A DNA stretch of 63,213 nucleotides, filler included, from Octopus bimaculoides (Eukaryota): the NCBI RefSeq assembly GCF_001194135.2. It is 5 parts of 4 records of this genome, joined end to end, with 100 filler letters (N's around TTAATTAATTAA, not from the genome) between each part and the next. Parts side by side here need not be neighbours in the genome. Positions count along the whole stretch, not along the records: positions 48,390 to 54,763 come from NC_068988.1; positions 54,864 to 60,752 come from NC_068983.1; positions 60,853 to 63,213 come from NC_068983.1; 2 more parts are not named here. One strand, written 5' to 3'. A program made the position numbers and the translations under genes. Position 1 is the first letter of the stretch, and each line of letters begins with the position of its first letter. The notes below the pieces were generated by a model, which was not told where the DNA came from, ran no database searches, and saw only the letters and a list, made by a program, of their open reading frames with translations. Shown piece by piece: positions 53,649 to 63,213 of the stretch.

Positions 53649-54740
53649 TATAATAATAATAATAATAATGATGATAATAATAATAATGATACTTTTGTTT
53701 ATTGGCTGCCAGAGCCGAACACAAGACATAAAGGACGATACACAGACGCGGGACAGTGGGGTTAATCGTGTAAACAGCAAAACAAACACAATTAACAAGG
53801 AGATTAAATCAACAATATGCTTTATATTTCATATGCCAGACTTGTTCGTCAAAAATGGCTGCTAAGGTGCGTCTGTTCGCGATCTTGGTCTCACTGACGA
53901 CTATTACAGCCAAATTCCGCCACTTGAGGTCATTGAGCAAGCGACATTGCTTCCGGGACGATCCCAGGCCACGTACATTTATGCAACCTACTCTCAGCAC
54001 CACCGTATTGACCTAAAAGGAAGGAAAGAAAGATAAGGATTGTTACTTATCCTCGTGGTGCCATTAGAAATCGGGTGGTTCCACCTCCATTTCTTCGTTG
54101 GGCTCCTTTAGGAACCCTTATAGAAGCTTTGTATTGGCATTTACTTGAGGGATCACTATATTGTGTGGAAAGGCACCCCTAATTGTTTGGAAAGTGTCCA
54201 AATCCATCCTTACCATCTTTAAATCACTTGGCACGTTACACGTGCTAATCCAAGATTTCCCTACACACACACACACACACACACACACCTTTTTCAATGT
54301 CTCCCCTTCGTGACAAAAGGGTCATCAGATCTTTGTTGGCCCTCCTTGTTAACATAAAGTTAGTTGCCTGCGTAGTTGGTTTTTGTTGTTCTTTTTGTGT
54401 TTGTGGTGTGAGTTTCCTTTTGGGATTTTTTTCCCGTCTGCAGTGGGGTTTTTGGTGCTTATGATGCTTTAGTTGATGATTGTGGTGCTGCAGGAGTTAT
54501 CTGAGTATCTGCGTTTGTTATGGGTGTGTGTGTGTAGTTTCTTTGTTATCTTGTTTTGGTGCAGGACAAGATGTCTCGCCTCTCTGACTTCTTTTCGGTT
54601 TTTCGGATCTACTCTAATCCCCCGCATCATCAATTTTCAATGTGGTAGAACCAATGTCTGTTGCAACCTCTTCTTCTCTGTGTGAAAGTGAATTCGTGTT
54701 TGTATGTGTATCTTTTTCTGCGAGTTTGTTTGTGAAAAGA
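48670..54740 (-). mobile_element. Single, nearly full-length Tx1-like LINE interrupted by nested insertions
   Basis: Collinear on the minus strand: low-complexity ORF1-like region 54740-54005; ORF2 start MVLRVGCINVRGL...VIVVSETK at 54003-53870; endonuclease middle FRPVTVNAPT...LETFLGTSHTLVL at about 51200-50890; RT NFRPIT, INLNQSKACDRV, SLLLYVVSLEPL at 50640-49480; C-terminal IRLLADSIVRI near 48670. Confidence 0.75.
52871..53409 (+). mobile_element. 5'-truncated R4/Dong-type non-LTR retrotransposon (restriction-like endonuclease domain), copy 1
   Basis: Reads VAKTICNAIRKKD...KEFWWNIPIKTSAKCKHDRPDIAVWD...IEFSCSADINI...K-EN*DIYEQLLRNLQLLY...IPIIIGALGFV...KICKTFLNF* (PD..E..K-type RLE), then a short 3' UTR and (TAA)3. 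Confidence 0.85.
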
Positions 54741-54763
54741 AGATATTGTTTAGCTTGGTTGCG

Positions 54764-54863
54764 NNNNNNNNNNNNNNNNNNNNNNNNNNNNNNNNNNNNN
54801 NNNNNNNTTAATTAATTAANNNNNNNNNNNNNNNNNNNNNNNNNNNNNNNNNNNNNNNNNNNN
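54764..54863. other. Artificial join spacer N44-TTAATTAATTAA-N44
   Basis: Same 100-nt structure; core at 54808-54819. Confidence 0.95.
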
Positions 54864-54984
54864 TATATATATACATGTATTACTTTAACGTATGTTTCAT
54901 CTTTAGTTTCGGATCGAATAGATCGATGTAAACAGAAAGGTTTCTCGTATACTCCATTTTTGTCGCTGTAATTTGTGTGTATGT

Positions 54985-55150
54985 ATTATTGTACTTATTT
55001 CAGTCCTGTGACTGCAGACATGCAGGAGCGCCGACTTCACTCGAGGAAATCGACCACAGGACGTATTCTTTGTATGCCTAGTACTTATTCTATCGGTTGT
55101 CAAGCGAAGTTGGGGAGTCAAATAGATACACCCAAACATATACACAAACA
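54985..55150 (-). mobile_element. SINE family A, 3' part with internal deletion
   Basis: tttcagtcctgtgactgcagacatgcaggagcgccgac...aaatcgaccacaggacgtattctttgtatgcctagtacttattctatcggt. Confidence 0.7.
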
Positions 55151-55198
55151 CATACGCACACACAGACAGACAGACACACACACACACACATACATACT

Positions 55199-55255
<57 letters not shown>

Positions 55256-55297
55256 ATGTTGGTATACACATATACATATACACGTACATACATACAT

Positions 55298-55898
55298 GTT
55301 AAAAAGGAATACTGGTGGAATGTACCAGTAAAGACCTCTTTAAAATATAACCCCAACAGACCTGATATAATGACTGGGGATACAGAAGAGAAACCGTGCA
55401 CAGTTGTGGTAATTAGCTGCCCAGCGGATATTATCATAAAGATGATCAGTGAAAAACTCTACTTCTATGGTGAATTATTGAGAAATCTGCAGTTGGTCTA
55501 TCCAGATTACAAGTTTAGGTTTATACCTGTAATTATTGGGACACTGGGTTATGTAACACACTGCCGAAATACCAATCTTTAGAAATTAGGCTTCTCAAAA
55601 CCAGAAAGGAGAAACCTAATACGAAGTATACAGATCCAGTCCATCACAGGAACTGTAGGAATGTGTTAATCTTTCCAGAAGATTTTCATTTAAATATATA
55701 TGAGCATGTCTAGGTATGCAATCCTGTGCATGATCATACATACATAAAGTATACAAATCTGCACATACATACCTACATATATACAAACAAAATTACTGTG
55801 TTGTTGACGCTGAAATTCCAATGAAGGAACCTTGGATCTAGGTTAGGAACCGGTCCTTTCTCGATTGGCAAGAAATCTTGAAATAACCTGAATAATGA
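55298..55898 (+). mobile_element. 5'-truncated R4/Dong-type non-LTR retrotransposon, copy 2 (diverged subfamily)
   Basis: Reads KKEYWWNVPVKTSLKYNPNRPDIMTGD...VISCPADI...EKLYFYGELLRNLQLVYPDYKFRFIPVIIGTLGYV. The 3' UTR shares ggttrgraaccgg..cyttctc with copy 1. Bounded by CATA repeats on both sides. Confidence 0.85.
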
Positions 55899-58806
55899 CA
55901 TACATACATACATACATACATACAAACAGACAGACAGACAGACATGCATATCCTTGAACAGGAATAGAATTAAAAGTGCCTTGTAATTTACAGCTAGTTA
56001 AACCATCGTGTGACTGAAAATCCTTTAAGCACATCTTGACTCTACATAGTTTCAGCTGAGTTAAACCTTTTTGCAGAATTCTGATTTGTGTTCATTGATA
56101 ATTTTGATGTATATTATCTTGTGGGGGTAAGATGATATAGAGATATTTTTATTGTTAAAATTTCGTGAAGTACTAATGGTAAGAAATTATTCATGCATGT
56201 ATAGCTTTGTAATTAGGTGTGTATGTTTAGGTTAATCATCCTCAGGTCAAAGGATATCACAGAAGAATGTAGTGAGGCTATTAGTCAGCAGATATGCCTA
56301 TCAACATGTTTATAAACTGGTGGGATCGTTACATTTCTTCATATTTCGTATAGCATATTTCCTAACATTTATAGTTTCACCATGAATGCAATATACACAT
56401 TATTCAATATATAAAAGGCATTGTGCCAGAATTTGAAACCTATATTTAATTAGATTAGTTGTAATAAAAAATATGAAATAGGTACACATTGATACAATGG
56501 AGAGTTCAAGTGTTGGAGTAAACATTAGGAAGAATTGAAAGCCGCTGGAGTAACATATGTTTAGAGATGAAGGCACAGTAGTAATAGTCCAGAGATGTAG
56601 AGTGTGTGAGTTATATTTTACTAATCTGTTGTGTGACTCTCTTTAGAATGTACACGTGGAATTATTTATTCAATGATGCTCTGATTTGTCTCTATTGAAG
56701 AAAATGTCATTAAATCTATTTCACTCAACTTTAATTGCCTTTGTATACAGTGTCAAATTATACAACTAATAATTTTAAAATTTTGTCTTCTGAGTGAATT
56801 TTTATACCCTTAAATTATTAAGAGCATTGTGTTAGCTTTATGATCTTGGTCATCACCTGTTCTTGTTTTGGACATAGTTTGTTTTTCCGGTTTAGCTGTG
56901 TTCATTTAGATGAAAACATTTCCTTAAGTTAAAAATGAAAAAATATTTTCAAAGCTACACAGAAGGTGTTTTACTTCAAATATATATATCAAATTTTGCA
57001 AATATTGATGTCAGATATTAGTCATAAAGTGACACATCAAATGTCAAACTACTGAAATTTCAGCATTGGTTGAGATATCATGGTTAGCACCATGAATCGA
57101 AGTATTCTGTGCCTCCACGACAATAGAGTTGGCAATCTGCTTTTAAGGAATCAAAATAAATATATTACAGTTACCATAAGCAATAGATCACAACATAAGT
57201 ATGCATATACATATTTATATGTATATGTGTAGATATGCGCATGTGCGATTGTTCGTGTGTGTGTATGTGTATGCGCGTTCGTGTGTGTATGCTTGCATGT
57301 ATTTACGTGTATATTGTATACTTTCCTCATAAATGTTGCAAATTCAGCAATATGGATGATCCTCCCATTGGGGACAAAACTGCACCCGCCAATTGGTTAA
57401 GCTGTTGAAGGTGGAAGTTAGGGATTCAACGACACATAAAAGGTATTATGTGCACAGATTGTGGCAGTGTAGGCTTGACATTATCTTGTAATAGCGTCAG
57501 ATAAGATACAAATAAGTAAAAAGTTGAAGCTTTTTTTTTTTATTTTTGTAATACCACTGTAAATAATGGGCTTCTAAGGAGTGATGATAACGGTGGCTTC
57601 TCTAGAAATAGGTATCTCCAAATAAAAAACGCTGGCACATGGTACTAATATCATTTTCATCTGCAATTAATTTATTTTGCATAAAATCTGAGCATTTGCT
57701 TTGATGTTGCGCAACCCATTTTGTCTTTGTATTAAGGGTAACCTGTATTTAGGCGTGGAATTATGATGTTTAAAATAAAAGTAACAGAGAGAAGTATCCA
57801 TCTATTTGTCATATCTCAGAGTACTATCCCAGAATTTAAAATGCATTTAACATACCAGTTCTGTGTTGAATAACTATTTTTCATTGATTAAAATTCTTTT
57901 TTTCGACGATTGTCTTAGTTCCAAAATCGTAGATTACCTTCAATTTTGTAATGCTTAAGAATTATTACTGACTAGCATACGTGCAGGTAAACACAAGTAT
58001 TATACAGGCATACAGGCATATATGAATATTTGTGTTTCCAATCGAAAATTTCTTAAGCTGACAGAAGTAAGAATTCATAATCCACAATATTTCTTCAAGC
58101 ATAATACCGCCATTCTGTTAATTTAAAATTCTTTTTTCTGATACATACAACTTGAATTTCCACATAATGTTTTTTTTTTTTTTTCAGATTGAAATTATTT
58201 CAATGTTATTAGTAGCCAGTGTGAAGTCAGTTGTTTTCAAACAACATTTAAACAACTTCCAGGCTTTTTCTGATGACCGCACTACGGACAGATAAATATA
58301 ATTTCAGTTTTCAAAGACTCAGTAAATATTCAACTAGCGTAAAACATCGATACGGTGTGTTCACTATTTTAGTTGTTGGCTTAGCACCATTTCAAACCAG
58401 ATCGAGCATATACACGATCAAAGAGTTGTCAGATGTAAACACTTGGTCAGTATATATAATACTTTATTTTATATTATATGATTCCTGTTTGGTAGTTTCT
58501 ATGTGTATGCATATATGAATGTTTCCGTTGTATAATATTTCAATGTATTTCGGGGGAAGCAGAATTTGAACTACAATGTGATGTCAAAATAAGATGATTC
58601 AAGTGATGTTACTATTTCAATATTGCACTATTCGTTGCTCATTTATGTATTACATATATATGTGAGCGTGGGTGTGTGTGTGTGTGTGTTTAGTGAAAAT
58701 AAAAGCAAGTAAATATATAATATCAAAATGTTCATTGCAAGTAGTAAGTCGTGCATTACGATTAATATAATAAATACATATGCGCATACATATATATACA
58801 CACATA

Positions 58807-58854
<48 letters not shown>

Positions 58855-58980
58855 NNNNNNNNNNNNNNNNNNNNNNNNNNNNNNNNNNNNNNNNNNNNNN
58901 NNNNNNNNNNNNNNNNNNNNNNNNNNNNNNNNNNNNNNNNNNNNNNNNNNNNNNNNNNNNNNNNNNNNNNNNNNNNNNNN

Positions 58981-59023
<43 letters not shown>

Positions 59024-59038
59024 ATTATATATATGTAT

Positions 59039-59070
<32 letters not shown>

Positions 59071-59764
59071 GAGTGAGAGAGGGAAAGAAAGAAAGAAAGA
59101 GAGAGGGAGAGAGTGGGAGAGATATTACTGTCATGTGGGACATCTTCAAAGACTAAACAGATTGACTGTAAGAAATATTTTATTAGCAGAAAATTAATTG
59201 CAGGAAATCATTTTTAGATGTTAAGTTTGCAATATCTCGAAATTAATGAATTGTCCTCGTATTTACAACTTCCTTTTCTCTCTTCTGTTTTGAAGTGATT
59301 TTTAGATATATAAAAAACAAATATTATTTCCTCTTTTGAACGGCGAATTCATAGGAGGTGTAACGTACTTTACAGCCAATTAAGTAACTTTGATGTAATC
59401 AGTACTATAATTGCTAATACTTCAAATCTAATGCCAGGACTCAGAACGTAACACAGCTATTATGTTTTGATAAATACATGTCATTTATTTATTTGTTCCC
59501 TTCAATAAATGACGCATCGGTAAACTAATTATCTATGAACCCACACACATACATGAATATTTATACATGCATATATAACAAATGAGGGAAAGATAAAAAT
59601 GGAAGTAACGAGATTCTTTATTAATCACGAGAGTTTCGACCCATCTGGCATGTGTTGATCCATTTTACACTCGTCGTATACTCGCAATCATGATATACTC
59701 TACGGCAGGAGTCACCAAACTGTGTTTCTGTGTATGTGTGTGTTTGTGTGCATGTGTATGTGTG

Positions 59765-60160
59765 TGTGGTTATTTTGCAAGAAGTATGATTCTCAGTCTT
59801 ATGGTCTAGTGTTCAGTCACACCGCGTGGTACCTTTCCGGAATCTCTTCTAACGATAAAACTGGATCAAGAAATGGCTTGTGAGTGCAATTTGTAGACAG
59901 AAACTGAAAGAAACCCGTCGTGTATATTGGGTGTGCGTATGTATGAGTGCTTTTATGTTTGTGCTTGCCTCTCACAACATCGGGTGATGACCAGCGTTGG
60001 TTTGTTTACGTCCAAGTAACTTAACGGTTTGGCAACGGAGGACGATGAGATAAGTATCATGTTTTCAAAATTTAGTAACCTGTTTGGTACGTACGACTAA
60101 AATCCTCCAAAGAACGTCCCCAGATTTGTTACAGCCCAATGACTGCAACAAGTACAAAAG
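59765..60160 (+). mobile_element. SINE family A, old diverged copy
   Basis: gtgagtgcaatttgtagacagaaactgaaagaaacccgtcg...tttacgtccaagtaacttaacggtttggc...cccaatgactgcaacaagtacaaaag. Confidence 0.7.
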
Positions 60161-60752
60161 GTAGACACCAATAGACACGCACACACACACACACACACTC
60201 ACACATACATTCACGTACACATTGAAGCACACACGCACAAACACACATACAAATACACGTTCACAAACACACACACATGCCCACACAATCGTACACATAT
60301 GCGATTATGTCTAGCTTATGTATTGGTATCGATACATATATCTCACAACAAGAACATGAGGAAAATTCCTGCTAAACATTTGTAATCTGATCGACCAGAG
60401 TGAGAGAGTGTTTGTGTAAGTAAATAGAATTCGACGCTACAACGACATAACCACAAACAACGACGACACCGCCACACTGGAGTATCAGAAGACAATTCGT
60501 GTAACAGCAAAGTAGGTGACACCGACGCCATGATATTTTCGGCTATTGAATTTTCCTCTGCATCGACTACATTTTATATTATTTTACCAAAATTCTTTAC
60601 ATGAAGATACAGAAATCAGAAAACAAAGAAAATAAAAATGATGATAATATATTTTTTTCTTTTTCAGTGATGTTATTACTTTTTTTTACACTAAATCATG
60701 CGTACCCATACAGGCATAGACAGAAATTATCACTATATATATATATATATAT

Positions 60753-60852
60753 NNNNNNNNNNNNNNNNNNNNNNNNNNNNNNNNNNNNNNNNNNNNTTAA
60801 TTAATTAANNNNNNNNNNNNNNNNNNNNNNNNNNNNNNNNNNNNNNNNNNNN
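60753..60852. other. Artificial join spacer N44-TTAATTAATTAA-N44
   Basis: Same 100-nt structure; core at 60797-60808. Confidence 0.95.
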
Positions 60853-60884
<32 letters not shown>

Positions 60885-62559
60885 TAAAAACTGACCTGTA
60901 TCTATTCAATTAACTAAAACTTCCCGCTAGTAGTGATGAAAGACTTCCCTAAATGTGTTTAAGTTCTCTATTTCATGGGTAGGCATATTTCACTCACGTC
61001 GTTTTATGTTGGTATATCCTATAAGGAGTAGGGTGTGAAGGATGGTGAAGAAGCCGGACAAATTGACATCTTTACTAAAATTTCCATGGTTTCCAACTTT
61101 TTAAACTTGGTCAGCACCACGGCAAAAAATGCATTATATGGTTGCTAAGTGTATTTTTATCTTATAATTAATGATAAAAAAGAGGAGCGTGTGTGTATAC
61201 ATACATTCATATATACATACATACATACATACATACATACATACATACATACATACATACATTTAAACATATGTGTATATTGTATAATGATGAGCTTACA
61301 TATCAATGCAAACATGTGCGCATAATTTCTTGCATACTGAAAATTATACTTCATAAAGAAAGTTGCGAAACGACCGTAATGCAAATTACTTGATTAAATA
61401 AATATACAATCAGTTTTCAAACCTTCTGACTTACTTTGTGCGTGCGTGTGTGCGTGCGTGCGTGCGTGCATGCGCGCGTGTGTGTGTGTGTGTGTGTGTT
61501 TGTTATTTCTTTACTACCCACAAGGGGCTACACACAGAGGGGGCAAACAAGGACAGACAAACGGATTAAATCGATTATATCGACCCCAGTGCGTAACTGG
61601 TACTTATTTAATCGACCCNNNNNNNNNNNNNNNNNNNNNNNNNNNNNNNNNNNNNNNNNNNNNNNNNNNNNNNNNNNNNNNNNNNNNNNNNNNNNNNNNN
61701 NNNNNNNNNNNNNNNNNNNNNNNNNNNNNNNNNNNNNNNNNNNNNNNNNNNNNNNNNNNNNNNNNNNNNNNNNNNNNNNNNNNNNNNNNNNNNNNNNCTT
61801 GATTAAATAAATATACAATCAGTTTTCAAACCTTCTGACTTACTTTGTGCGTGCGTGTGTGCGTGCGTGCGTGAGTGTATGCGTGTGTGTGTATGTGTGT
61901 GTGTGTGTGCGTGCGTCCATATGAATGTATATGTTTCGTGAACGCTGCACTAATTTCTCTTTCCAGAAATACAAAAATATGTCAGAAAAATAAACAGAAA
62001 GAATGTCTAGTCTCTACCCTTTCACAACAATCTTAAGAATTTTCTCCGAGGGCTTAACACTCTAAAAAAAAAAGAAAGTAAAACAAGAGAGAAAAAGAAA
62101 AGAGTAAAAGAAAGGGAATAACTATGAATATATGGGAACGTTCTATAACAGGATAAGAATTTGACCAATTAGCCTGAAATGGTGGTCGTTGTGAGCTCAA
62201 CGTTATGTAAACAAGAACTAGAAATAATGCTGAATATAACTACTGTAACTCCAGTAACCGACTTTAAACGGAGAAAACATCTGTCACTTGACAGATACTC
62301 TTTTGTGTCAGAAGACTAATGTGCAGCCTTGAAATTCTGGTGTATTTTTTAAAACTTTCTTTCTGTGGTACATTCCATTAACTGTCATGACCTCAAACTA
62401 GAAGAGTGTAATAGTTTTGTTTTTTTATTATCGGTTAGTGTAATAGCTTTGTTTCTTTATTATCGGTTAGTTTAGGGAAGAGCTGACGTGGGGGTAGTAT
62501 CTGTGTAACTTAGCTGAAGATTAAGATAAATATGGCTGATTTTGTTGAGTTTGAACGTT

Positions 62560-62830
62560 TGTGGATCGATTGATGAGAGTAAGAAAAGTAAAGAATGTGG
62601 GTGGGAAAGCAAGTTCCAGAAGGTTGCTTATCCAGGGAGGCAAGATGGAGTAAAAGTGAGTAGTTTGGGATGTGTTGAGTAAAGAGAGAGTAAAAAAGGA
62701 AGAGGAGGAGATACGATTAAATAGAGAGGGTCTAGGTGGAGGGGGTATGAAGCTAGCTCCTTCAGAGGAACAATGACTGTTGGTTGTTACAGTAAAAAAG
62801 ATATTGAGAAGTACATCTGTGAACAAATGA
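62560..62830 (-). mobile_element. 3' end of a CR1/Jockey-like LINE
   Basis: Minus ORF 62521-62979 contains HCSSEGASFIPP and FYSILPPWISNLLELAFPP...LIN, a degraded version of the motifs at 3810-4170. Confidence 0.55.
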
Positions 62831-62843
62831 TTGTACTCTAATA

Positions 62844-63119
62844 CAGGGGTTTTCAAACTGTGGTCCGCAGACCACAGGGGATCCGCAAGGACAAGACAGG
62901 GGATCCGTGGACAGCAAATACTTTTTATGGGCAATTTGATTTTATATATGTTTTTTAATCGAAATCTTTTAATTGACAATAAACCTATTTGTTAAATACT
63001 GTTAAATAAATAAATGTAAAAATATGTTATTTTAAGCAAATATTTATGTATAAATTTCATAAGTGTTTATAAGGGTAAAGCCTGAAATATAAAGGGGTCC
63101 GCAAGTTTGAAAACCCCTG
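62844..63119. mobile_element. Intact hAT-superfamily (Charlie-like) MITE, 276 bp
   Basis: Perfect 16-bp TIRs CAGGGGTTTTCAAACT / AGTTTGAAAACCCCTG and a perfect 8-bp target site duplication CTCTAATA (62836-62843 and 63120-63127). Confidence 0.95.
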
Positions 63120-63213
63120 CTCTAATACATTTCGACCTAAAAATAATGATTTCCGGAATTGACGCAAGACAATGAGCGATTTAAAAATTAACATAACCTA
63201 TATTTTATCAACA

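Noticed and set aside
58188-58295. Strong acceptor followed by IEIISMLL, resembling SMEK VEIVSMLQ
   Set aside because: Similarity ends after 7 residues, the frame stops at 58293 with no good donor, the preceding exon-4 sequence is absent, and it lies beyond three artificial joins.
58270-58295. CTGATGA-ccg-cacta-cgg as a hammerhead start
   Set aside because: There is no GAAA box or stem III downstream.

Overview
This is AT-rich, microsatellite-dense eukaryotic DNA, very probably from an octopod cephalopod. That is an inference from the SINE/LINE families, the TACA/TA/AAT repeats and the gene found; it is not a database result. The only host gene I can support is the 5' part of PPP4R3/SMEK (protein phosphatase 4 regulatory subunit 3), with three coding exons at 8804-8957, 11181-11236 and 12446-12544. 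The ORF track misses all three. The rest is decayed mobile DNA: RTE, CR1/Jockey-like, Tx1-like and R4/Dong-type LINEs, two Penelope-like elements, a foldback mariner, a piggyBac fragment, an intact hAT MITE, several tRNA-derived SINE families and simple repeats. Four identical 100-nt spacers (N44-TTAATTAATTAA-N44) show the window is five artificially joined pieces, so adjacency across them should not be trusted. This probably explains why exon 4 of SMEK is not found. I see no CRISPR array or prokaryote-type system. The best leads are: (1) R4-type LINEs that appear to insert in (CATA)n microsatellites; (2) a Penelope-type minimal hammerhead ribozyme; (3) a uORF in frame with SMEK and separated from it by a single TGA; (4) a mariner built from two 5' ends. 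Boundaries of decayed elements are approximate (tens of bp). All family assignments are by-eye motif recognition.
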